This document shows positions 16,981-25,681 of a stretch of DNA of 59,161 nucleotides, piece after piece. The notes beneath the pieces are model-generated. The model was not told where the DNA came from. It saw nothing but the letters and a program-made list of their open reading frames with translations, and searched no databases. A program made the position numbers and the translations under genes. Positions within the stretch are counted from its first letter, which is position 1; the number at the start of each line of letters is the position of its first letter. The DNA comes from a virus (lineage: Duplodnaviria; Caudoviricetes), in the IMG/VR virus record IMGVR_UViG_3300033067_001135, positions 1-59,161 of that record; one strand, written 5' to 3'.

Positions 16981-17364
16981 ATGCAAGGTCCGAACAACAT
17001 CTTCACGGCTGACGCGAATGCGCTGGCCGCATTCACCGGCCGCGGTTCCCCGAACCTCAAGGCCGTGCAGCTGACTTCCGGCGGCACGGACACCCTGGAC
17101 GTGGATTTCGGCATGGCGCAGTCGCTGACGACCGCGGCCGGCAACACGACGATCAGCATCAATCGCGTCGGTCTTCCCGGCCAGCGCCTGACGCTGACCG
17201 TCCTGAACGACGCGGGCGGCGCGCGCACGCTGACGTTCGACGCGACGAAGTTCCGCACGACTGCGACGCTCGTCGGCACGGCCAGCCAATACCGCACGAT
17301 TGGATTCGTGTCGGACGGCACGAAGTGGAACGAGGTCAGCCGCGTGGCTGCGATGGTGGCGTAA
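16981..17364 (+). CDS. Probable structural/decoration protein (beta-rich)
   Basis: Thr/Gly-rich. PGQRLTLTVLNDAGGARTLTF...FVSDGTKWNEVSR. Own promoter-like site (TTGCGT, 16909) and terminator. Confidence 0.6.
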   Translation: MQGPNNIFTADANALAAFTGRGSPNLKAVQLTSGGTDTLDVDFGMAQSLTTAAGNTTISINRVGLPGQRLTLTVLNDAGGARTLTFDATKFRTTATLVGTASQYRTIGFVSDGTKWNEVSRVAAMVA

Positions 17365-17386
17365 ACGTCCCTGAATCGCTCTTTCG

Positions 17387-17418
17387 AAGCCGTCCCTCGC
17401 CGGGCGGCTTTTTTGTTT
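17387..17418 (+). terminator. Intrinsic terminator
   Basis: AAGCCGTCC-ctcgcc-GGGCGGCTT followed by TTTTGTTT. Confidence 0.8.
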
Positions 17419-17422
17419 GCGC

Positions 17423-17451
17423 TTGACCGGGGGCGCGCACGACCGCATTTG
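17423..17451 (+). promoter_or_regulatory. sigma70-like promoter of the capsid/tail operon
   Basis: TTGACC-N17-CATTTG right after a terminator. Confidence 0.55.
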
Positions 17452-17468
17452 TCGCGCAGAGAGGATTA

Positions 17469-17557
17469 GGACACCCGCGCATAGCGATCCGGTGTTCTCT
17501 CGGATCAATCACCGTCCGAGTTGCGGCCCCGCTCTGCGGGACACCCGATTGGCGGAC
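17469..17557 (+). ncRNA. Structured 5' leader, copy 2 of 3
   Basis: GGA-CACC-CGC-gcata-GCG-A-TCC, then GTCCG-AGTTG-cggc-CCCGC-tct-GCGGG-acacc-CGATT-gg-CGGAC. Confidence 0.7.
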
Positions 17558-17597
17558 AGTTTGCAACCCGTTTCGGGACTTCCGTCCCCCTTTCCTC

Positions 17598-18503
17598 ATG
17601 TCATCCGGTGTTTTCACCCTCCCGCCGCACTACCAGACGGCGTTCGACAACAACTGGAAGGAGATCATGGCGCAGCAGAAGCAGCATCGCCTCGCCGGTC
17701 TCTACCAGGTCGATTCCAACATTGCCGGGAACCAAAAGCGTTACGACCAGATCGGTTCCCAGTCCTACGCGATGCGCCAGAAGACGGCGCGCGCGCAGAA
17801 GACCGAACCGTCGGACATTCCGACGAGCTTCCGGTGGGTTCGCCCCCGCCCCTACGACAAGACCACCTGGATCGACGAGCACGATTCCATCATGCTCGGC
17901 TCGCTCCCCGACCCGCAATCGCCGACCGCGAAGAATCACGCCATCGCCGTGAATCGTCTCCGCGACATCGTGCTGATCAACGCGGCGCTCGGCACGAACT
18001 ACACGGGCGCGCAGGGCACGACCGCCACGGCGCTCCCGGCCGGCCAGCAGATCGCGGTCAACCTGGGCGGCGGTGCCAACACCGGCCTGACCCTGGCGAA
18101 GCTGATCGCGTCGAGCTACAACCTCGACGTGAACGATGTCGACGAGATGGACCGCGTGTTCGTCTACGCCGCCAAGCAGCTGAACAACCTGCTGGTGAAC
18201 GTCGACCAGGTGAATTCCGTCCTCTACAACGAGGTCCGCGCGCTCTTCAAGGGCCGTGTCGAGGAGTTCATGGGCTTCAAGTTCATCCGCACGCAGCTGC
18301 TGCCGATCACGGCGAACATCCGGTCCTGCTTCTGCTACCAGAAGGAGTTCCTCCAGATGGGCATCGGTGCGGACCTGAAGACGCACATCGACATCCTGCC
18401 TGACCAGTCGCACGCCGTGCAGGTCCGGTCGGTCATCCTTCTCGACGCGACCCGTCTGGAAGAGTCGGGCGTGGTCTCCATCGCCTGCGACGAGTCCGTC
18501 TAA
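17598..18503 (+). CDS. Major capsid protein
   Basis: 301 aa after the scaffold. QQKQHRL, RYDQIG, GLTLAKLI, QLNNLL, L.KG.VEEFMGFKFIRT, ATRLEESGVV: pattern of Bbp17-like podoviral capsids. Confidence 0.88.
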   Translation: MSSGVFTLPPHYQTAFDNNWKEIMAQQKQHRLAGLYQVDSNIAGNQKRYDQIGSQSYAMRQKTARAQKTEPSDIPTSFRWVRPRPYDKTTWIDEHDSIMLGSLPDPQSPTAKNHAIAVNRLRDIVLINAALGTNYTGAQGTTATALPAGQQIAVNLGGGANTGLTLAKLIASSYNLDVNDVDEMDRVFVYAAKQLNNLLVNVDQVNSVLYNEVRALFKGRVEEFMGFKFIRTQLLPITANIRSCFCYQKEFLQMGIGADLKTHIDILPDQSHAVQVRSVILLDATRLEESGVVSIACDESV

Positions 18504-18542
18504 CCCGCGTCCATAACCGTTAACCCATAAGGAAAACCAAAC

Positions 18543-19061
18543 ATGGCTACGCTCTACACGGACATCGCGCAGAATCAGCGCGACGGTCTCAACTTCCCCG
18601 GCGGTCCCGGCGGTCTCACGACCCAGCCCGGCGGGTTCAACGATCCCGTCTTCGAACTCGGCGACTGCTCGATCGTGGTCGCGGTCTACACGATGACCGG
18701 CGCGGAGGCGCAGAATGACGTGATCAACGTCCTGCGTGTCGGCGGCGGTTGCGTCGTGGATCCGGTTCGCTCGAACGTCGCCGGCAACGGCGTCGGCACG
18801 ACGGCCTCGGTCCAGATCGGCGACACGGACACGGCCGGCGGCACGATTGCCGCCAGTCCGACCCGCTACTCCGCTGCCATCGCGGTCAACGCCGACATGT
18901 CGGCCACGACCGGGGTGAGCTTCGCAGGCGGCGCGGCGCTGATCACGCCGTTCGAGACCACCGATGATCCCTGCTGGATCACGGCGACGTTCTCGGTCCT
19001 GACCGTCCCGGTCGTCGGCAAGAAGCTGATCTTCCGCCTGTTCCTGGGCTGGAATCGCTAA
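18543..19061 (+). CDS. Capsid decoration/minor capsid protein
   Basis: Beta-rich ORF directly after the MCP, with AAGGA RBS, followed by a terminator. Confidence 0.7.
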   Translation: MATLYTDIAQNQRDGLNFPGGPGGLTTQPGGFNDPVFELGDCSIVVAVYTMTGAEAQNDVINVLRVGGGCVVDPVRSNVAGNGVGTTASVQIGDTDTAGGTIAASPTRYSAAIAVNADMSATTGVSFAGGAALITPFETTDDPCWITATFSVLTVPVVGKKLIFRLFLGWNR

Positions 19062-19087
19062 AGCTTGGGTTCGTCATAAGTCACAAC

Positions 19088-19132
19088 CCCGGCAGGGAGC
19101 GCGCGAAAGTTCGTTCTCTGCCGGGTTTTTTT
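19088..19132 (+). terminator. Intrinsic terminator inside the virion operon
   Basis: CCCGGCAGGGAGCG...CGTTCTCTGCCGGG followed by T7. Confidence 0.85.
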
Positions 19133-19137
19133 CAGTT

Positions 19138-19617
19138 ATGCCCCCATCAAAAACCGTCGACGGAATGAGGCAATGCCTGGGCTGCCAGGATGTTCTTCCG
19201 CTGGCTGCGTTCTATTCGTCCGCCAAGGTGATTCGGGGGCGGTCCTACACCTGCGTCAGCTCGAGGTGCAAGACGTGTTCAAACGAGAAGAACAAAGCGA
19301 ATGTTCGGAAAAATCCGGCCAGCAAACGACGGGCTGGCGTGAAATTCAAATACGGTCTGACATGGCCGCAATTCACGAAACTTTATGAGGATCAGCACGG
19401 TGTTTGTGCCATCTGCACGACGCCGCTGCGGATCGAATTTGGTCTGGCGCGCGGACAGTCGAAGCTGTGCGTTGATCATTGCCATGACACCGGAAAGGTT
19501 CGTGGACTGCTGTGTAAGCGGTGCAATACGGGACTCGGCCAGCTTGGTGAGACGAAGGACAAGCTGCTGAAGGCAATCGCCTATCTCGAAAATCCTCCGT
19601 TCAAAGGAGCAGAGTAA
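19138..19617 (+). CDS. Endonuclease VII-family HNH nuclease (probably a free-standing homing endonuclease)
   Basis: CLGC...RCKTC, KYGLT, CAIC, LCVDHCHDTGKVRGLLCKRCNTGLG. Atypical codon usage, inserted among structural genes. Confidence 0.85.
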   Translation: MPPSKTVDGMRQCLGCQDVLPLAAFYSSAKVIRGRSYTCVSSRCKTCSNEKNKANVRKNPASKRRAGVKFKYGLTWPQFTKLYEDQHGVCAICTTPLRIEFGLARGQSKLCVDHCHDTGKVRGLLCKRCNTGLGQLGETKDKLLKAIAYLENPPFKGAE

Positions 19618-19618
19618 A

Positions 19619-20458
19619 ATGCCTACGAGCCTCGCCCAAATCGACATCGTGAACTCGGCGCTGTCGCGCATCGGTGTGAAGCCGATCCAGGACATCAACG
19701 CGCAGGACGACGTTCCGGCCGAACAGGCGAGGATCAACTGGCAGCTGGCGCTCGGGGCAGTCGGGCGCGCGCACGCGTGGAACTGTCTCACGAAGGCCGC
19801 GAAGCTCGAGGCGGTCGCGCAAGATCCCATTGTTGCGACTGATCCGGTGCCGGCGGCGACGCCGTGGGCTCCGGCTACGAATTACCTGGCGGGCGATTAT
19901 GTGACGTTCGGCAGTCCGGCCTACACCTACCAGGCGCTGATCGCGAACCTGTCCAGTGCGTCGTTCACGAACGACCTGACGAAAGGCTGGTGGTTTCAGA
20001 CGGACATCTTCAATCCGAACCCGTTCGGATCGTCCGTCGGCGCTGGGGCGCTTTACGCGTCTGGCTGGGCCTACAAATACAACCTGCCCGAAGACTGCCT
20101 GCTGGTCACGGCGCTGAATGACAGCGGCTGCGAGGGCAAGGAAGAGGATTTCGAGATCATGGGTGCGTCGCTCTACACGGACGAGTCCGAGGCGATCATC
20201 AAATACACCTGGGCCGATCCGGACACGACGCGCTACGACACGCTGTTCGTCGAATGCCTGGTCCTGAAGTTGGCGTCGATGATGTCGACCGTGCTTCGCC
20301 AGGATGACACGACGATCGAGCAGACGATGGAAGGCTTCTACATGAAGAAGCTGGCGTCGGCGCGGGCGCGGGATGCGGGCGAGAAGAAGCCGCGGCGCTA
20401 CGATCCGGTGGCGAACTCGCGGTTCGTGGGCAGCCGGTATCGCTCGACGAATTCCTGA
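19619..20458 (+). CDS. Tail tubular protein A / adaptor (T7 gp11-like) with CBM-like insert
   Basis: IDIVNSALSRIG, HAWNC, GWAYKYNLPEDCL, LYTD, FVECLVLKLAS. Confidence 0.82.
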   Translation: MPTSLAQIDIVNSALSRIGVKPIQDINAQDDVPAEQARINWQLALGAVGRAHAWNCLTKAAKLEAVAQDPIVATDPVPAATPWAPATNYLAGDYVTFGSPAYTYQALIANLSSASFTNDLTKGWWFQTDIFNPNPFGSSVGAGALYASGWAYKYNLPEDCLLVTALNDSGCEGKEEDFEIMGASLYTDESEAIIKYTWADPDTTRYDTLFVECLVLKLASMMSTVLRQDDTTIEQTMEGFYMKKLASARARDAGEKKPRRYDPVANSRFVGSRYRSTNS

Positions 20459-23145
20459 TGCCGAAGTCACTCGACAATCAACTGGCCTATTCGGGCGGCG
20501 AGTGGTCGCCGCTGCTGGATGCGCGCATCGATCATCCGAAGTATTCGTCCGCCTGCCGGCAGATGCAGAACATGATCGCGCTGAAGAACGGCGGCGCTAC
20601 CCGGCGGCCGGGCACGATCTTCAAAGCGGCGTGCAAGTATCAGAATACGGACATTCGCCAATACGCGACGCGGCTGATGGAATTCCAGTATTCGCCGACG
20701 ACTTCGTTCATCCTGGAGTTCGGGCATCAATACATCCGGTTCTACTCGAATCAGCAGCAGGTCGTGCTGTCGCTTGGCGCGGTGTCGGCCTGGGTGGCGC
20801 TGACGCCGTATGTCGTGGGCAACTACGTCAAGGACGGCGGGATCATCTACTACTGCATCTCGGCGGTCACGAGCGCGATCGCTCCGGCCGGTGATCCTGG
20901 CCATTGGGTCGCGCAGAGCATCTACGAGATTCCGTCTCCGTTCAACGGCCGGCAGTTCTACGGGCCGTCGATCTACGAGATCGACGTCTGGCGGCTGATC
21001 CCCTGCCAGATCAACGACGTGGTGTATCTCGTGCATCCGTCATATCCGCCCTACAAGTTGGAGCGGCTGGCGGACACGAACTGGGTGCTGTCCCTGGTCG
21101 ACTTCAACGTGCCGGCGCTGCTGGATCCGAACCCGACGGGCATCCTGCTGGCGGCGACGGCGACGACCGGCGCGGTCACGCTGAACGCGAGCGCCCCGGC
21201 GTGGGCCGGCGCGACGTATTACAGCGTCGGTCGCAGCGTGTCGAACGGTGGCCTGCTCTACACCTGCATCGTGGCGCACGTCTCGAACGTGTTCGCGACG
21301 GACCTGGCGGCCGGCTTCTGGCGGCTGGAAACGATCTTCACGGCCGGGAACGTCGGCGCGTCATTCCAGGTCGGGCATATCCGCAACTCCTCGGCGATCA
21401 CGCAGGCGCTGACGGGCAACGGCACTTCGGCAACGATCGAGGCGGAAGGCGAATGCTCGCTGGAAACTTACGGCACATGGTCGGCGACGGTCGACCTGGA
21501 GCGGTCGGACGACGGGGGCACGACATGGTATAAGGTCCGGACGGTCGTCTCTCTGAACGACCACAACACGAGCATTCCGATCACCGTCGACGGGGTGGCG
21601 CTCTTTCGCCTGGTGGTCTCGAACTACACGGCGTCGGTCGGCACGCCGCGGGCGACGTTCACCATTGTCAGCGGCATCGCCTACGGCCTGGTCAAGATCA
21701 CTGGCTACAACAACGCTTATCAGGTCACGGGTGTCGTCGCGACGCGGCTGGCGTCGACGAACACGACGACGATCTGGTCCGAAGGCGCGTGGTCGCCGCG
21801 GCGCGGGTTCCCGCAAGCGATCACGGCATTCCAGCAGCGCATGATCTACGGCGGTTCGAGCTACGAGCCGCAACGCATTTGGGGCACGAAGACGGACGAC
21901 CTGGAGAATTTCGACCTTGGGGACCAGACCAAGGCGACGGATTCCATTGCGTTCGACCTGGCGGCTGTCGGCCGCGGCCGGATCCAGTGGCTGATCGGTC
22001 AGGTCGACCTGTTCGTCGGGTTCTCCGCGGCGGAATGGATCGTCAACGCCGGCCAGGGTTCGTTTGGTGGGTCGAACGAGCCGATCACGGCGACGGCGAT
22101 CAACGCGGGCGAACATTCGGCCTGGGGCAGTGCGGAGGGCATCCCGCCGGCACTGGTCGGCAACGCGGTGCTTTATCCCCAGCGCGCGGCGCGGACGATG
22201 CAGCAGATGGTGTTTTCCGTCTACACGAACAAATACATGTCGTCGGACCTGACGAGCCTGTCGGAACACATGTTCGGCGTGGGCATCGCGCAGTTGGCCT
22301 ATCAGCCGCAGTTCCGCAACCAGAGCATCGTGTGGGCCGTGACGAAGGGCGGGGCCTTGTGCGGCATGACTTATGAGATGCAGGAACAGGTCTATGCCTG
22401 GCATCGGCACATCAGCAATTACAACGCGGACATCGACGCCATCGACTATTTCGAGTCTGTCGCGTCCATCGACGGCCAGGGAGATCAGGACGACGAGGTG
22501 TGGGTCATCGTGAGTCGGCCGGGTGGTCGCTACGTCGAACTGGTGAACCCGAACAACTGGGAGACGGCCGGCGGATCCAGCAAGGGCATCGCCAAGCCGG
22601 ACATGAAGCTCGCGATCTACGTCGATTCGGCGATCACCGTGGCTTACCCGGTGTCGAACGTGATCACGGGCCTGGATCATCTCAACGACCTGAATGTTAT
22701 CGGCCTGTTGAACGGGAACATGACGTTCGGGCCCTACCTGGTGGCCGGTGGCTCGATCACAATCGACGGGTTCGTGCCAGGCGGCAGCGACATCCTGCAA
22801 ATCGGGCTGCCGATCAACTACGCTGTGCAGGGGATGAGGCTGGATGTCGACGGCCGGGCCGGGATCATCGTCGGCGTCACGAAGGCGCTGTCGAAGGTCT
22901 TCCTGCGCGTGTTCAATTCGCTCGGCGGGAAGGTCAAGGGCAACGGCCTGAAGGAGATTCCGATCAACTACCGGCCGCAGGCGCTGCCGATTGACCAGGG
23001 GCCGCCGCTCTTTACCGGCGAGAAGGAAGTCATCCCGGAAAGCACGCAGACGGACGATCCGATCATGGTGATCCAGGGCAGCGATCCGCTTCCTTTGACC
23101 TTGCTCGCGACGACCGTTCGAGTGGGTATTACCGGATCAGCATGA
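20458..23145 (+). CDS. Tail tubular protein B / nozzle (T7 gp12-like) with two CBM-like inserts
   Basis: YSGGEWSPLL..R, GGATRRPGT, LEFGHQYIRFY, GFPQAITAFQQRMIYGG, VYAWHRH, PLFTGEKEV, PLPLTLLA. Confidence 0.88.
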   Translation: MPKSLDNQLAYSGGEWSPLLDARIDHPKYSSACRQMQNMIALKNGGATRRPGTIFKAACKYQNTDIRQYATRLMEFQYSPTTSFILEFGHQYIRFYSNQQQVVLSLGAVSAWVALTPYVVGNYVKDGGIIYYCISAVTSAIAPAGDPGHWVAQSIYEIPSPFNGRQFYGPSIYEIDVWRLIPCQINDVVYLVHPSYPPYKLERLADTNWVLSLVDFNVPALLDPNPTGILLAATATTGAVTLNASAPAWAGATYYSVGRSVSNGGLLYTCIVAHVSNVFATDLAAGFWRLETIFTAGNVGASFQVGHIRNSSAITQALTGNGTSATIEAEGECSLETYGTWSATVDLERSDDGGTTWYKVRTVVSLNDHNTSIPITVDGVALFRLVVSNYTASVGTPRATFTIVSGIAYGLVKITGYNNAYQVTGVVATRLASTNTTTIWSEGAWSPRRGFPQAITAFQQRMIYGGSSYEPQRIWGTKTDDLENFDLGDQTKATDSIAFDLAAVGRGRIQWLIGQVDLFVGFSAAEWIVNAGQGSFGGSNEPITATAINAGEHSAWGSAEGIPPALVGNAVLYPQRAARTMQQMVFSVYTNKYMSSDLTSLSEHMFGVGIAQLAYQPQFRNQSIVWAVTKGGALCGMTYEMQEQVYAWHRHISNYNADIDAIDYFESVASIDGQGDQDDEVWVIVSRPGGRYVELVNPNNWETAGGSSKGIAKPDMKLAIYVDSAITVAYPVSNVITGLDHLNDLNVIGLLNGNMTFGPYLVAGGSITIDGFVPGGSDILQIGLPINYAVQGMRLDVDGRAGIIVGVTKALSKVFLRVFNSLGGKVKGNGLKEIPINYRPQALPIDQGPPLFTGEKEVIPESTQTDDPIMVIQGSDPLPLTLLATTVRVGITGSA

Positions 23146-23576
23146 GCACGATCCGCGCAATCGACCTGGAAACCGATCTTCCGATGCTCCGGAAGTGGTG
23201 GGAATTGCACAAGGCGGTTCCCTGTCCGGAGGCGTTCCTTCCCCAGGGCTTTATCGTGTCGGCCGGTGGCGTCGACGTGGCCGCGGCGTTCCTTTACCTG
23301 GATGTCGGCGGCAAGTTGGCGATGATCGAGTATCTGACGACGAACCCGTCGGTCGCTTTCAGCCGTTACCTGGTCGAGGACGTGAAGCAACTGATCACGC
23401 ATGTCGAATCGGTGGCGCTGGCGCAGGGCTGCACGGGGATCATCAGCATGGTCGCGCCGGGGACCGGCGAGTATCGCCTGATGCAGCGCATGGGCTATCT
23501 TCCGCCGGACGACGGCGCGAAGCCGCATGTGATGTTCGGCAAACGTCTCGTGAAGGAGGCCGTGCCATGCCCGTAG
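23142..23576 (+). CDS. GNAT-fold protein (T7 gp13 position)
   Basis: Position after the nozzle gene. AAAFLYLD...IEYLTTNP...LMQRMGY. Confidence 0.6.
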   Translation: MSTIRAIDLETDLPMLRKWWELHKAVPCPEAFLPQGFIVSAGGVDVAAAFLYLDVGGKLAMIEYLTTNPSVAFSRYLVEDVKQLITHVESVALAQGCTGIISMVAPGTGEYRLMQRMGYLPPDDGAKPHVMFGKRLVKEAVPCP

Positions 23577-24214
23577 TCCCGGTTATGGCGGCAATCGGTG
23601 GCGCGCTCGGCGCTTCGGCCGGAACTGCAGCTGCGGTCGGCACGATGGCGACGCTGACGGCTGTCTCCGTCGGTGCGCAGGGTTACGCGATGGTGAAGCA
23701 GAACCAGGCGAACAAGGCGTCCGCCAGGCTTGCGACGGACACGGCCAGCTACAACCAGCTGGTGAACGAGACGAACGCGACGCAGACGGAGATGGACGCC
23801 GATGCCAGCACGCGGGCGGCGCGCAGGGACGCGCAGGTCTACACATCGAGGCAGAAGGCTGCCTATGCGGCGAGCGGCGTGCTGAACTCGGGATCCGCCT
23901 TGGCGGCGCAGGTCGAGACGGCCGGGCGCATGGAACAGCAGATTCTTCAGAGCCGGTCGAACAGCCTTCGCGAAGCGGAGAAGATGCGGGCCGCGGGCCG
24001 GATGGGCATCCTCTACGGCAACGCGCAGGCGGACGCGATCAAGCGCCAGAACTCCATCGACATGCTGCGCGGTGGCGTGGGCATCCTTTCGACCGTCGGC
24101 AGCTTTTATCAGGCCGGGATGTTTGCTGGCATGGGTGCCGGCGGCGCGAACACGCGGGCCGGGATGCTGGCTGCCGGCGCTCCGGCCGGCCTGGCGGCAC
24201 GTTCTGGGCTTTGA
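23567..24214 (+). CDS. Internal virion/ejection protein (gp14-like)
   Basis: Hydrophobic Gly/Ala N-terminus, QKAAYAASGV..SGSAL, helical. Confidence 0.75.
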   Translation: MPVVPVMAAIGGALGASAGTAAAVGTMATLTAVSVGAQGYAMVKQNQANKASARLATDTASYNQLVNETNATQTEMDADASTRAARRDAQVYTSRQKAAYAASGVLNSGSALAAQVETAGRMEQQILQSRSNSLREAEKMRAAGRMGILYGNAQADAIKRQNSIDMLRGGVGILSTVGSFYQAGMFAGMGAGGANTRAGMLAAGAPAGLAARSGL

Positions 24215-24217
24215 TCA

Positions 24218-25678
24218 ATGGCGAACATCCCCACAGTTCCGGGCTCGTATCAGCAGCAGAGCACGCCGACGCCGGCCGTGCAGGCTGACTTCAGCACGCT
24301 CGACGCGCCGAACCGGGCGGCATCCGCGCAGGGCGCGGCCATTGGCGAGGTCGGCCGGCAGGTGGGCGATGTCGCGCTGAAACTTCAGTCGGCCGTCAAT
24401 TACGGCATGGCGGCGGATGCTGATCGGCAGATGCGGGCAGCCGCGGCGGAATTCCAGCAGTCGCGCATCGGCCGCACGGACGAAGACCAGTGGCAAACGC
24501 AGTGGAAGGAGAAGTCCGACGAGGTGTGGCAGGGCATCCAGGAAACGATGCCGATCGGTCCGTTGCTGCGCCGGCAGTTGACCGCGAATTTCAAGGACTG
24601 GCAGGCGTCGAACGCGATCGAGGTCTCGACGATGGCGAACAAGCAGCGGATCAACCGCGCTGTCGACCGCGTGGGCCTGGCGGCGGACGAGGCCGCGCGC
24701 GACGGGGACGAACACGGGATCGTCGCGGCGTTCGACGGTGCGGTCGTGAATCACCTGATGCTTCCGGAGCAGGCGGATAAGCTGAAGAAGGAATACCTGA
24801 CGAAGGTCGACGAGTATTCGGCGCGGAACTACATCATGAACAACCCGGCCGGAGCGGTCGACTTCCTGGAGGAGCAGACGAAGGGCGGGAAGTATGTGAA
24901 CCTGACGCGGCTGACGGCGGACCAGCGCCTGACGCTGATCAACACGGCGCGCGTGCAGTTCACGAAATACCAAACGGACAACTACGACGATCTGATCAAG
25001 GGTTTGCAGCAGGGCACGGTGGCGACGCCGGCCGAACTGACCGGCCTGGTCGCGAACAAGGTCATCAGCGCGAAGCAGCGCAAGACCTACGAAGACGCTT
25101 ACCGGCATGGGAACTACAACACGTCGGTCGACTCCATCGGGAAGATGTTTTCGGACCTGAACGACTACGATCCGCAGAAGGATCCGCAGTTCCGGGACCG
25201 GGCGAAACTCCTGGGCCAGATCGCGACATCGGGCTTTCCGCAAAACGTGCAGACGGAGATGAACCAGCTGCTGTCGCAGAAGACCGATCCGAAGCACGTC
25301 CTGAACTCTCCGGTCGCGAAGGATGCGTTCGAGGGCATCGACCAGCGGTTCCGGCTGGGCCTTTACGGCAAGTTCGAGACGAAGGTCGAGGACAAGGAAG
25401 GCAATATCCGGACCGTGGTGAACCCAAAGGTCTACGAGAGCGCGATGCAGGTGAAGCGCCGGGTCGAGGATGCCGCTCGCAAGTTCCTGAACGAGAATCC
25501 GCAGGCGAGCGCCGAAGACGTGAACAATTTCGTGTCGAACGTGCAGATGACTAACGTCGTGCGTTCGGGCCGGCAGACGCTGCTCGGCGCGCTGGGCCAG
25601 GGCCTGCCGACGGTCAACGAGACGGCCGATCAGAAGAAGGCGCGCCTTGACGCCATCCTGGCCAAGGCCAAAAAGTGA
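24218..25678 (+). CDS. Internal virion/ejection protein (gp15-like)
   Basis: MANIPT start, all-helical 486 aa, in the expected position. Confidence 0.7.
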   Translation: MANIPTVPGSYQQQSTPTPAVQADFSTLDAPNRAASAQGAAIGEVGRQVGDVALKLQSAVNYGMAADADRQMRAAAAEFQQSRIGRTDEDQWQTQWKEKSDEVWQGIQETMPIGPLLRRQLTANFKDWQASNAIEVSTMANKQRINRAVDRVGLAADEAARDGDEHGIVAAFDGAVVNHLMLPEQADKLKKEYLTKVDEYSARNYIMNNPAGAVDFLEEQTKGGKYVNLTRLTADQRLTLINTARVQFTKYQTDNYDDLIKGLQQGTVATPAELTGLVANKVISAKQRKTYEDAYRHGNYNTSVDSIGKMFSDLNDYDPQKDPQFRDRAKLLGQIATSGFPQNVQTEMNQLLSQKTDPKHVLNSPVAKDAFEGIDQRFRLGLYGKFETKVEDKEGNIRTVVNPKVYESAMQVKRRVEDAARKFLNENPQASAEDVNNFVSNVQMTNVVRSGRQTLLGALGQGLPTVNETADQKKARLDAILAKAKK

Positions 25679-25681
25679 CCA

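Noticed and set aside
17417-18403. 328-aa + strand ORF overlapping the capsid gene in another frame
   Set aside because: Arg/Pro-rich with no motifs, unlike the two dual-coding loci where both frames carry recognisable motifs.
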